This document shows, in pieces, positions 24,435-32,810 of a stretch of 36,238 bases of DNA. The notes beneath the pieces were generated by a model. It did no database searches. It saw nothing but the letters and a program-made list of their open reading frames with translations, and was not told the DNA's origin. The translations under genes and the position numbers were made by a program. Positions within the stretch are counted from its first letter, which is position 1. Each line of letters begins with the position of its first letter. Origin of the DNA: a virus. Lineage: Duplodnaviria > Caudoviricetes. The DNA is taken from the IMG/VR virus record IMGVR_UViG_3300032312_000233, positions 1 to 36,238 of that record; one strand, written 5' to 3'.

Positions 24435-26933
24435 ATGGACGCTAGAGAAGAACTATCCGCGCTTCGGCGCATGGCTGAACTTGAAGCTAAAGCATCGGGC
24501 GGTAGTTACCGTGCAAACGTAGGCGCTGAACCTAGAACAAGGCTTGAGCGTACTAATTTAATGCCGTCTAGCGATGTGCCAATGACCATTTCGTATGATA
24601 AACAAGGCAGACCTTTATTTGGTGGTGAAACGGCGTTTACAAACGCGCCTGTTGACAATACAACAGCTAATAAAAGTTATTTTAGACAGGCTAACGATGA
24701 AATATTAGGCGCGTTTGAAGTGCCTAGTACCATATTAAGCGGCGCTGTCGGCGCTGTTGCTGGCCCAATCGCAGGTGTTTTTGAAACCATTAAAAGTGGC
24801 AAATACGGTACGGCTGAAGGCGTTAAGATCGGTGAAAAACGTGCTAAAGAAGTAATGAAGTCAATGACGTATCAGCCACAAACGGCTGAAGGCCGTCGCA
24901 ATTTAGAAGCGTTAGGTGAAGTGCTTGGTAGTGAGGCCTTGCGCCCATTACAAGGCGCTATTGGTTTGCCCGTAACTTCGGTGCCTGTTCAGTCAGTAAA
25001 ACCTGCGCTTCAGTACGGCAAAAACATTATCGGTCAAGAAGTGGCGTTAGCCGCGCAGCCTATTACAAGAGCGCTAGACGCCCGTGCAGTCGCAAAAGCA
25101 GCCGAAAAAACAGCAGAGTCGTTTCAACGCGCACCGCAAATTGACGCAGCCAAAGATGCTGCCCGTTTAGGTATTTTGCTTGACCCTGCTATTTCTAATC
25201 CTACTTTTATTAACAAAGCAAAAGAATTAGGTGTAGACCCCGTAGAAATACACAATAATTTTTCACAACAAAACAAAACAAAATGGGTGTCGATTGCTAA
25301 AAAAGAAATGGGTTTGCCTGAAACAGTGTCGTTGACGTCTAGCAAGCCGTTTGAACAAGCACGGACGCAAGCAGCTAAACCATACGAAAACATCCGTAAA
25401 ATTCAAACATTAGCTCCAAATTCTGAAGTTATTGCCAAAATTGAAGGTTTGTACGACACGGGTCTTATTGGAGGTAAAACATCCGAAAATGCGATTAACA
25501 GTTTAATTGCAGATGCCGTTGAAAAAATTAACAGCGGTATGACAGGGCAAAAAGTATTAGACAGCCTTAGCGATTTACGTAAAAAAGCCACTAAAACGTA
25601 CAACTCCAACGCAGCAACGCCTGAAATGGTTGACGTTGCTGATGTGCGTATGGGTATCGCAAATGCGCTAGAAGATTTAATTGAAGCCAACGTAAGAAGG
25701 CCTGAAGAATTGACGGCGTTTAGAAAAGCCCGTCAGGAGATGGCAAGATCATATACGTATGAAGCGGCTACGGACATATCAACAGGGCTTGTAGACCCAC
25801 AAAAGTTAAAACGGATGTTAGATAAAGGCATTCCTTTGTCAGGCGACGCAGAAGCAATGGCGCGGATTGCAGGTATTTATCCCGAAATTACTTCGTTAAC
25901 ACCAATTAAACGTGAAGGCCTACAACGGTTCTCTAGAGCAGGCGCGTTAGGCACATTAGGCGCCGCAGTTGGGGCTATGGTGCCTGCTGTCGGGCCAATT
26001 GGTGGCGGCGCTCTTGGTGCAGGCGTGGGTATTTTAGGGTCTAAGTTAGCTGCTAAACGTATGGCGTCACCTGAATACCAAGCGGCTAATGCAGTGCCAC
26101 AGGATTTTCGCCCACCAGTTAATATGCTGCGCCCAGCGCCTCCAAGCACTACCCAAAACTTACCTGTGCCGTTTGACCCGCGTAATGCGCTTGTAGAGCC
26201 AGGCTATACACCTAACTTTACTATTCCCCGTCAACAAGGCACACCTGAGTTTAGTCTTGAAGGACAATTGCCACAGTTGGCGCCGCCAAGCGCAACATCT
26301 ATGGAAGCAAGTAACGCGGCTCGTAGAGCATACGACATTGCAGCAGGCAGAGCTGCGGAAGAACGGGCAGTCGCACAAGCTGCTCAAGGCCGCGCCCCAA
26401 CTAGCGGCGGCGTAGCCTTTGATCTTGACCCTATCACAGGTCAATTGCGTGAAGTTAGCCGTGGCATGAAAGGCGCTACACCTGAAACATTCCAAAACTA
26501 CGGTACATCACTAAATTCAGCGTCAAACAAAATTGCCGCAGGAAAAGCGTTTGATTTAACCGCCGAAGAACGTATTGCGTTTAACAAAACCAAAGTAGAC
26601 CTTGCGGTTGTTGAACCGGGCTACGCTAAGTTATCTGACAAACAGATTACTGAGCGTATGATGGATCGCCAACAAGTTGACGCCCTTATTCAAAAAGCAC
26701 GTCAACAAGCCATAGCGTTTGAGCAAATTGCCGCTAGAGCCGAGTCGGAACAAACTAAATTTAACGCTATGGCGCAACGCCAACGCATGATGGATCTTGC
26801 TGAATCATTAGAAGAAAAGTTAAGTTTGTCCCGCCCTGACACATCTCGTAAAACTCAAGGCCCAAAAACGCGCGAAGCTAAACGTAATGCGTTAGCTAAA
26901 GATATTGAAATTAAAAACAAACTTGCGAGGTAA
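24435..26933 (+). CDS. Probable large DNA ejection protein (gp16 position)
   Basis: 832 aa, Ala rich, with Gly-rich hydrophobic segments (GALGTLGAAVGAMVPAVGPIGGGALGAGVGIL). Confidence 0.65.
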   Translation: MDAREELSALRRMAELEAKASGGSYRANVGAEPRTRLERTNLMPSSDVPMTISYDKQGRPLFGGETAFTNAPVDNTTANKSYFRQANDEILGAFEVPSTILSGAVGAVAGPIAGVFETIKSGKYGTAEGVKIGEKRAKEVMKSMTYQPQTAEGRRNLEALGEVLGSEALRPLQGAIGLPVTSVPVQSVKPALQYGKNIIGQEVALAAQPITRALDARAVAKAAEKTAESFQRAPQIDAAKDAARLGILLDPAISNPTFINKAKELGVDPVEIHNNFSQQNKTKWVSIAKKEMGLPETVSLTSSKPFEQARTQAAKPYENIRKIQTLAPNSEVIAKIEGLYDTGLIGGKTSENAINSLIADAVEKINSGMTGQKVLDSLSDLRKKATKTYNSNAATPEMVDVADVRMGIANALEDLIEANVRRPEELTAFRKARQEMARSYTYEAATDISTGLVDPQKLKRMLDKGIPLSGDAEAMARIAGIYPEITSLTPIKREGLQRFSRAGALGTLGAAVGAMVPAVGPIGGGALGAGVGILGSKLAAKRMASPEYQAANAVPQDFRPPVNMLRPAPPSTTQNLPVPFDPRNALVEPGYTPNFTIPRQQGTPEFSLEGQLPQLAPPSATSMEASNAARRAYDIAAGRAAEERAVAQAAQGRAPTSGGVAFDLDPITGQLREVSRGMKGATPETFQNYGTSLNSASNKIAAGKAFDLTAEERIAFNKTKVDLAVVEPGYAKLSDKQITERMMDRQQVDALIQKARQQAIAFEQIAARAESEQTKFNAMAQRQRMMDLAESLEEKLSLSRPDTSRKTQGPKTREAKRNALAKDIEIKNKLAR

Positions 26934-26935
26934 TC

Positions 26936-27172
26936 ATGGATTGGCAATACTTATTTAATATGGTAGCTGGCGCAGGAATGCTTGGCGTTGGTTGGTGGTG
27001 TCGCCAAATATGGGATTCGGTTCAAAATTTAAAAAAAGACGTTCAAAGTATTGAAGTAAATTTACCAACAAATTATGTTCGCAAAGTAGATTTAGACGTT
27101 AAGTTTGATAAATTAGAATCTACTTTGCAACGTATTTTGGATAAGTTAGACCAAAAGGCAGATAAAGAATGA
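26936..27172 (+). CDS. Single-TM plus coiled-coil protein of the lysis region
   Basis: N-terminal hydrophobic helix followed by heptad repeats. Confidence 0.7.
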   Translation: MDWQYLFNMVAGAGMLGVGWWCRQIWDSVQNLKKDVQSIEVNLPTNYVRKVDLDVKFDKLESTLQRILDKLDQKADKE

Positions 27173-27537
27173 TATTAGAAACTATCATTGGCGCCTTAGT
27201 GCCAGTAGGCATAGACGGTATTAAAAGTCTTATTGGCATGGTTACAGGCGGTGTAAAGCCTATCTCCGTTGATGAGCAGATAAAGCTAGATCAAAACGAA
27301 ATAAACAAGTTACAAGCCCTTGCTACGTTAGATAACCCTTACGGGCAACCTAGCCAATGGGTAGTCGATCTAAGGGCTTCTAGTCGTTATTTAGGGGCAT
27401 TGTTTGTAATCGTTGTAGGCATAGGCACATTGTTCCTGCCAGTAGCCCCTGAAATCCAAAAAATTGGCATAGAAGCTGCCAATATTGCCTTCGGGTTTCT
27501 TTTTGGTACACGCATTATGGCTAACTTGAAAAAATGA
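27169..27537 (+). CDS. Probable holin
   Basis: Several hydrophobic segments and a C-terminal FGFLFGTR; ATGA-coupled to the endolysin. Confidence 0.65.
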   Translation: MILETIIGALVPVGIDGIKSLIGMVTGGVKPISVDEQIKLDQNEINKLQALATLDNPYGQPSQWVVDLRASSRYLGALFVIVVGIGTLFLPVAPEIQKIGIEAANIAFGFLFGTRIMANLKK

Positions 27538-28067
27538 AAGACAACTTTGATGCGTGCTTAACTTTATTGTTGGCGCATGAAGGTGGTTATGTAAATCATC
27601 CGCAAGACCCAGGCGGGATGACAAACCTTGGCGTAACCAAGCGGGTGTGGGAAGAATGGACAGGGCATGAGGTTGACGAGAAACAAATGCGCGCCCTTAC
27701 TCCCGAGCTAGTTGCACCGCTTTACAAAAGGAAATACTGGGATGCTATCAGAGCTGATGAGCTTGTATCTGGTCTTGACTATGCTGTTTTTGACGTCGCT
27801 GTTAATTCCGGGCCGGGGCGTGCTATTAAGATTTTGCAGGGTTGCGTTGGGGCTACTATTGACGGTGGTTTTGGCCCTGCTACTATGGCATTAGTCAAAA
27901 AAGTGTCATCTGAGCCTAATAAGATCATAGACTTATATTGCGCCAAGCGCCTTGAATTCTTGCAATCTTTAAAAACTTTTGAAACTTTTGGTAAAGGTTG
28001 GAGCCGTCGTGTTGCAGAGGTTAAAGAAAAGGCTCTAAAAATGACTGATTATGGCTTATCCAAGTAA
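27534..28067 (+). CDS. Endolysin, glycoside hydrolase family 108 with peptidoglycan-binding domain
   Basis: HEGGYVNHPQDPGGMTNLGVT, FDVAVNSG and FGKGWSRRV motifs. Confidence 0.93.
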   Translation: MKDNFDACLTLLLAHEGGYVNHPQDPGGMTNLGVTKRVWEEWTGHEVDEKQMRALTPELVAPLYKRKYWDAIRADELVSGLDYAVFDVAVNSGPGRAIKILQGCVGATIDGGFGPATMALVKKVSSEPNKIIDLYCAKRLEFLQSLKTFETFGKGWSRRVAEVKEKALKMTDYGLSK

Positions 28068-29034
28068 AAAGAACGACGAAGAATTTATTGCACTTTATCG
28101 TAAATTAGGCAGTCCAACTTTAGTGTCAAGAGAACTTGGCATAAACCCAAGAAGCGTATCAAACAGACGAAATAGTTTAGAGTCTAGATACGGCATTAAA
28201 TTAGAAACACATGGCTCTTTGCGTGATCCTAAAAAAGAAAAGCCAAAGAAAAGAGAGTTGGCAGCGCACAATGTTCGCAGGGGCATTGATGTTGATAAAG
28301 TAAAACGAGTAATCGTGTTTTCGGATGCTCACTTTACCGATACTACAACTGTAGCTTTTAAAGCATTGCTAATAATGATTAAAGAGTTCAAGCCACAAGT
28401 CATTATCTGCAATGGCGATGCGTTTGACGGGCAAGTATTAAGTCGCTTTCCAAGCATCAACTACGACCAAAAACCTAATGTCTTGCAAGAACTTAACGCC
28501 TGCCGTTATCACTTAGACGAAATTGTCAAACACAAGCCTCCAGGCTGCGAACTGATATGGAGTCTCGGAAATCACGATATGCGCTACGAGTCTTGGCTTG
28601 TAAATAAAGTGCCTGAGTATTCTGGCGTAGATGGCTTTAGCCTTAAGTACCATTTTCCTGAATGGAAAACCTGTTGGTCATATTGGATTGGTGAAGATAC
28701 TGTAGTCAAGCACCGGCATCGTGGAGGCCGCATGGCGGGTTATGCCAATTTGCTGGCGGCAGGTAACACGAATATTATTACGGGGCATACGCACATCTTA
28801 GCCTTGCAACCCATTACCAATTACCAAGGTACTTACTGGGGCGTACAAACAGGGTGCCTTGCTGATCCTATGTCGCCTAGTTTTGAATATGCGGAAGATG
28901 GCCCAAAAGACTGGCGCAGCGGCTTTGTAATGCTTTCGTTTGACCAAGGCAGAATGTTAATGCCAGAGATGATTATGGTAACGGATGAGCAGGAAGGTGA
29001 GTTTGAATTTCGGGGTTGTATTAACAGAGTATGA
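28051..29034 (+). CDS. Calcineurin-like metallophosphoesterase with N-terminal HTH-like segment
   Basis: All five motifs present: SDAH, GDAFD, GNHD, KH, GHTH. N-terminal SPTLVSRELGINPRSVSNR. Confidence 0.88.
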   Translation: MAYPSKKNDEEFIALYRKLGSPTLVSRELGINPRSVSNRRNSLESRYGIKLETHGSLRDPKKEKPKKRELAAHNVRRGIDVDKVKRVIVFSDAHFTDTTTVAFKALLIMIKEFKPQVIICNGDAFDGQVLSRFPSINYDQKPNVLQELNACRYHLDEIVKHKPPGCELIWSLGNHDMRYESWLVNKVPEYSGVDGFSLKYHFPEWKTCWSYWIGEDTVVKHRHRGGRMAGYANLLAAGNTNIITGHTHILALQPITNYQGTYWGVQTGCLADPMSPSFEYAEDGPKDWRSGFVMLSFDQGRMLMPEMIMVTDEQEGEFEFRGCINRV

Positions 29035-29381
29035 AATTAACACCAGCCGTACTTAAAAATTTATATGCTTCCTTGGCGGTTTCATATCCGTACACACGCT
29101 GGAAAATGCCTTTACCAGAAGAAGTGGATTTTGTCGTAACCTGTGACCCAGAGCTTATGGGGACGTACTTATACACAGATGATGAGTTTGAACATACGAT
29201 TACTATATCGTCTGCAAGGTGCGGTCATTACTATACCGTATTAACTACGCTATGCCATGAAATGATACACATGAGCTTTTACCGGCAAAAAGGCGATAAG
29301 TGGATGCAACATGGAAAGCCGTTTAGAACCCGTTGCAAAATGGTTGCCGATGAGCTTGGCCTTGATCCGCTAGAGTTGTAG
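29031..29381 (+). CDS. SprT-like zincin metalloprotease domain protein
   Basis: TLCHEMIH followed by HGKPF (HExxH...HGxxF). Confidence 0.75.
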   Translation: MKLTPAVLKNLYASLAVSYPYTRWKMPLPEEVDFVVTCDPELMGTYLYTDDEFEHTITISSARCGHYYTVLTTLCHEMIHMSFYRQKGDKWMQHGKPFRTRCKMVADELGLDPLEL

Positions 29382-29392
29382 ATACATTGTAG

Positions 29393-29512
29393 CTACATAT
29401 TACGGTGGTAAGCGTCTTTAGGGTTTTTAATCATGGATTTAATAAGCTCGTCCATACTAAAGAAGTATTGAATAACTTTCATGCCGTTGTGCTGCATGAT
29501 TGTAAAACTCAT
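29393..29512 (-). CDS. Small hypothetical protein (39 aa, MSFTIMQHNGMKVIQYFFS...)
   Basis: Read manually; ATGA overlap with the upstream gene. Confidence 0.55.
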   Translation of the reverse strand: MSFTIMQHNGMKVIQYFFSMDELIKSMIKNPKDAYHRNM

Positions 29513-29664
29513 AGGTTTTCTTGCCCTACAACTTTATATACTTGATTAATTATATTTAGAACGTGCTTGATATCTTCAGGCGTTAACTGGCCCATCAACT
29601 GCAATATCTTAATTACCGCAACGTCGTTGTTTAGCGGTACTGGTTTGACTATGTTTTCAATCAT
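29509..29664 (-). CDS. Small hypothetical protein (51 aa, MIENIVKPVPL...)
   Basis: Start moved to 29664 on the basis of an ATGA overlap. Confidence 0.65.
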   Translation of the reverse strand: MIENIVKPVPLNNDVAVIKILQLMGQLTPEDIKHVLNIINQVYKVVGQENL

Positions 29665-29807
29665 TTTGTAGCAATCAAATAAGCGCCGTAATTGGCAAAA
29701 CAATACCCGGCGTACATGCACGCCAGACCCATATTTCCTTTAAGTGCCTGTTCCAGGGCAATATACGCATATATTAGCCCTGTCAGAATAATTAACCAAC
29801 TACTCAT
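29661..29807 (-). CDS. 48-aa two-TM membrane protein (MSSWLIILTGLIY...)
   Basis: Start moved to 29807; two hydrophobic helices. Confidence 0.65.
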   Translation of the reverse strand: MSSWLIILTGLIYAYIALEQALKGNMGLACMYAGYCFANYGAYLIATK

Positions 29808-29994
29808 TTGGCTCAATGTACTTCTCAAGCCTAGCGATCCGCTGGGTTTCAAACGAGCATAGCGTAGCGTAATACTCAGCTTGAGTTTTGTTAACAAGGT
29901 AGCTGCGCTTGGCGTCCTCTAATTCCCTAGCGGCTAATACCTGCGCTTTAGGTGGATGAGTAACAAACTGCCATAGAGTTTTAATCTTATTCAT
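29800..29994 (-). CDS. Small helical hypothetical protein (64 aa)
   Basis: SD TAAGGT; tiles within the operon. Confidence 0.7.
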   Translation of the reverse strand: MNKIKTLWQFVTHPPKAQVLAARELEDAKRSYLVNKTQAEYYATLCSFETQRIARLEKYIEPNE

Positions 29995-29998
29995 GGTT

Positions 29999-30325
29999 TT
30001 ACCTTATTGGAGTGTAATTAAACATTGGGGTTACTGGTTGTATAGGCGCAACATACATAGGAATTGTGGGCGTGCCTGATTGAAACGACGTCCCTGCGCT
30101 GTTGCCGTTGGGGCCATAAAAGTACGTAGTGTTGCCTGACTGAAACGCAGTCCCTGCGCTATTGCCGTTAGGGCCATAGAAGTAGGTAGTGTTGCCTGAC
30201 TGAAAAGCCGTCCCTGCGCTGTTGCCGTTAGGGCCATAGAAGTATTGCGTTTGGGCTTTAACGTCGGTTGCGGCGGTAAAATAGCCAAGCGTAAAACTAA
30301 TTAACGCTACTATCAGTTCTTTCAT
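29999..30325 (-). CDS. Exported protein with signal peptide and three 20-aa repeats
   Basis: MKELIVALISFTLGYFTAATDVKA signal-like segment; YFYGPNGNSAGT(A/S)FQSG occurs three times. Confidence 0.75.
   Translation of the reverse strand: MKELIVALISFTLGYFTAATDVKAQTQYFYGPNGNSAGTAFQSGNTTYFYGPNGNSAGTAFQSGNTTYFYGPNGNSAGTSFQSGTPTIPMYVAPIQPVTPMFNYTPIR
30074..30244. repeat. About 2.85 tandem copies of a 60-bp coding repeat
   Basis: Unit GCCTGAYTGAAA...GGGCCATARAAGTA at 60-bp period; differences are mostly synonymous. Confidence 0.9.
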
Positions 30326-30464
30326 TTGTAGTTTCCTTTGTGTTTAAGTAACGATATGCTGCAATCGCCGCTTTTAAATCGGCTTTTAACTCTATAATTT
30401 CTCTATGACTCTGTTGTGCAAAAGCAACAAGATTGGCATGGCTCCAGTCCCTAAAATCGGTCAT
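30297..30464 (-). CDS. Small coiled-coil hypothetical protein (55 aa, MTDFRDWSHANLVAFA...)
   Basis: Read manually; ATGA overlap. Confidence 0.65.
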   Translation of the reverse strand: MTDFRDWSHANLVAFAQQSHREIIELKADLKAAIAAYRYLNTKETTNERTDSSVN

Positions 30465-30655
30465 GGCTTAACAGCTTCCTTGAGTAGTTCAATGCGCTCC
30501 CTAGCGCACCGTAGCATGGTGTAGCGTTGGTGTAGGCGTTGCAAGACCGACACACGGCGGCTGCCTGTGCGTTCCTCGTTTAGCATGGTTAGTATCTGTT
30601 CTTCGCTTAACTGGCTAAGAACGTCATTCAGCTTGCGCCAGCTTAGATCGCTCAT
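30461..30655 (-). CDS. Small hypothetical protein (64 aa)
   Basis: SD-like AAGGTAGAG upstream; tiles within the operon. Confidence 0.7.
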   Translation of the reverse strand: MSDLSWRKLNDVLSQLSEEQILTMLNEERTGSRRVSVLQRLHQRYTMLRCARERIELLKEAVKP

Positions 30656-30800
30656 ATTGCTCTACCTTACTTTGTAAATTAATTACTTCTTTAGTCACTC
30701 GCGACAACGCGCGCATGGCCTGGTTGTACTCTTTGACGCGGATTGTTTCCTCTGCCTGCGCCGCCTTGAGCTTGGCTTTAAAGTGAATGAGCCTGTCCAT
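30624..30800 (-). CDS. Small coiled-coil hypothetical protein (58 aa, MDRLIHFKAKLKAAQAE...)
   Basis: Read manually; TAATG overlap with the upstream stop. Confidence 0.65.
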   Translation of the reverse strand: MDRLIHFKAKLKAAQAEETIRVKEYNQAMRALSRVTKEVINLQSKVEQYERSKLAQAE

Positions 30801-30949
30801 TAGCAGCGCCCGTCCATGTCAAATTCATCGTAGTCGTTTAGCCGGTCAATCTCGGCTATCAAACGACGAATCATTAATTCAATGTTGGTGTCAGGCGCGT
30901 ATTCAGAAATATCGTCTGCTAGTTTTACTGCTTCTTCACGTAATGTCAT
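30800..30949 (-). CDS. Small acidic hypothetical protein (49 aa, MTLREEAVKLADD...)
   Basis: Read manually; ATGA overlap and AGGA SD. Confidence 0.65.
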   Translation of the reverse strand: MTLREEAVKLADDISEYAPDTNIELMIRRLIAEIDRLNDYDEFDMDGRC

Positions 30950-31122
30950 TTTTCCTGTGCCTTTCTTAATATTGATCTAGCAAACTCCATAACGGGGTTG
31001 TCTATTTTTTTGTTAGCAATTTCCCAAAATACTTTTTCTATTTCCGCATCGGTTAGTTCTTTATTCCCTAAAGGACAATCCCTACCCTGATTGCAGTTTT
31101 GATTGCAACATTCTTCGTTCAT
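30946..31122 (-). CDS. 58-aa protein with N-terminal CCxxxCxQGRxCP Cys cluster
   Basis: Read manually; ATGA overlap with the helicase stop, GAGGA SD. Confidence 0.65.
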   Translation of the reverse strand: MNEECCNQNCNQGRDCPLGNKELTDAEIEKVFWEIANKKIDNPVMEFARSILRKAQEK

Positions 31123-32453
31123 TTCAGTTCCTCCAATGCTATGTCGCTAATCGCCCGTTTGTCCTTTAGGGCGTCCCAAATCCTTAAATCAATCGTTTTA
31201 TTGGTCAATAAAAGGTAAACCCATACGTCGTGCTTCTGACCGCTGCGGTGCAGGCGGCCCACCGTTTGCTCGTACAGCTCAAGGCTCCACGGCAGCGATA
31301 CAAAAACCATTTTATTACCGCCATGCTGAAGATTCAAACCATGCCCGGCTGACTTGGGGTGGATTAAAAGTAACTCAATCTTGCCTTCGTTCCAACGCTC
31401 GATGGCCTTGGGGTCGTTAATTGTTTGGGCGTAGGGGTAACGGCGCTTAAGTTCAGCCAGCTCCTCAACGTAGTTGTAAACAATAATGGTGTTGTCGTGC
31501 TGGTTTTCCTCAAGTAACTCGTCTAACATATCGAACTTGTGGGTGCTAAACCAAATGGGCGTCTTGCTCACATTCATGCGCCCAGGCGTGTTGGATGCGG
31601 TTGTAACCGTTTCGTAGACCCAACCCCCTGCCATCTGCTGCAACTTGCCTGTGACCACGCCTGCGTTGACGGCGGTGATCTCCACGTCCTTGAACTCAAT
31701 AACAAAGTCTTTTTTCATTTTCTCGTAGGGGGCGCGGTCTTGCAGCTCGCATTTCATCTCAACCGTGTGACAGGGCGGCAACTTGTCAGCGTACTCGCCA
31801 GCGTTAAGCAAGAAAGTCGCAGGCTTGATCCGAGCCATGACTTGCGCCAGTGATCCTACCCGTGGCTCCCACTCGCCAAAATCTTTATTGACTAGGACAA
31901 AATACTGTTGCATAAACGCGCCCTTAGCCCGTCCTAGCAGGTCTTGGTTGACAATCTTGCACTGCCCAAAGACGTCCTCAAGGCCGTTGCTAGTAAACGA
32001 CCCTGTTAAGCCCCAACGAATGTCAATCTTATCGACTACCTTAGCCAAGGCTTTGTAGCGCTTGCCTGACGGGTTTTTGAGCTTAGTCAACTCGTCAAAC
32101 ACGATGCCATCGAAGTCTAGCTTTTGATCGGCAAGCCATTGAATGTTGTCGTAATTAGTAACAACTACGGGAAAACCCGAATGTAGGGCTTGGTTGCGCT
32201 GGGCTGGCGTACCCACTGCTACCGCTATCGGCGTATCAGTAGCCCACTTAGGTTGCTCAACAGGCCATACATCGGTACAGACACGTTTAGGAGCCAGCAC
32301 AAGCCACCGTTTAACAATCTTGTAGCGCAGCATATCTTGCATGGCTGTTAACGTCAGGGCGGTCTTTCCTGCGCCTACAGGGGCAAGGATCATTGCTCTG
32401 TTGTTTTCGTACAAAAAGTCAGCGGCTTTTTCTTGGTAGTCACGCAGCTTCAT
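31119..32453 (-). CDS. SNF2-family (SF2) helicase
   Basis: LRDYQ Q-motif, VGAGKT, FDEL, LTG, GHGLNLQ and QTVGRLHRSGQ; start at 32453 by ATGA overlap. Confidence 0.92.
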   Translation of the reverse strand: MKLRDYQEKAADFLYENNRAMILAPVGAGKTALTLTAMQDMLRYKIVKRWLVLAPKRVCTDVWPVEQPKWATDTPIAVAVGTPAQRNQALHSGFPVVVTNYDNIQWLADQKLDFDGIVFDELTKLKNPSGKRYKALAKVVDKIDIRWGLTGSFTSNGLEDVFGQCKIVNQDLLGRAKGAFMQQYFVLVNKDFGEWEPRVGSLAQVMARIKPATFLLNAGEYADKLPPCHTVEMKCELQDRAPYEKMKKDFVIEFKDVEITAVNAGVVTGKLQQMAGGWVYETVTTASNTPGRMNVSKTPIWFSTHKFDMLDELLEENQHDNTIIVYNYVEELAELKRRYPYAQTINDPKAIERWNEGKIELLLIHPKSAGHGLNLQHGGNKMVFVSLPWSLELYEQTVGRLHRSGQKHDVWVYLLLTNKTIDLRIWDALKDKRAISDIALEELK

Positions 32454-32737
32454 TGGTTGTCCTTCATCCATGTGTCAATGTGTTCGATCGACCATAAGCA
32501 GGCGTAGTTCTGATTGAGCTGTTTAAGGTTGCGGGCATGGATTTGTTGCAAGGCCGACAGCGTACCGCTCTCAGTTTTGAGTTCCACGAACCACGTCACA
32601 CCGCCTGGCAAGCAAGCAATGCGGTCAGCTACGCCGCGCTGGGTGGGGGACTTAAACTTGTACGTTACGCCGCCAAGGTTTTGGACAGCCCATACAAAGT
32701 ATTTTTCAATTTCTTTTTCGGATATTTTTGAGTTCAT
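32450..32737 (-). CDS. VRR-NUC domain nuclease (probable resolvase)
   Basis: EKEIE...GVADRI...FVELK...LSALQ, a PD-(D/E)xK pattern. Confidence 0.9.
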   Translation of the reverse strand: MNSKISEKEIEKYFVWAVQNLGGVTYKFKSPTQRGVADRIACLPGGVTWFVELKTESGTLSALQQIHARNLKQLNQNYACLWSIEHIDTWMKDNQ

Positions 32738-32741
32738 GTAA

Positions 32742-32779
32742 AAAAGTTTATCACAAGTTTAAAAGTTGTGGTAAAGTTT
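32742..32779. promoter_or_regulatory. Overlapping divergent extended -10 promoters within an imperfect palindrome
   Basis: Minus strand TG-A-TAAACT (32753-32745); plus strand TG-G-TAAAGT (32769-32777). Confidence 0.6.
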
Positions 32780-32810
32780 AATCTCAGTCAACTAAAGTAA
32801 AGGAAACAAA

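Noticed and set aside
30074-30244. 60-bp repeats as a DGR template/variable pair or CRISPR
   Set aside because: The copies are contiguous, in frame and differ mostly at synonymous sites. There is no reverse transcriptase and there are no spacers.
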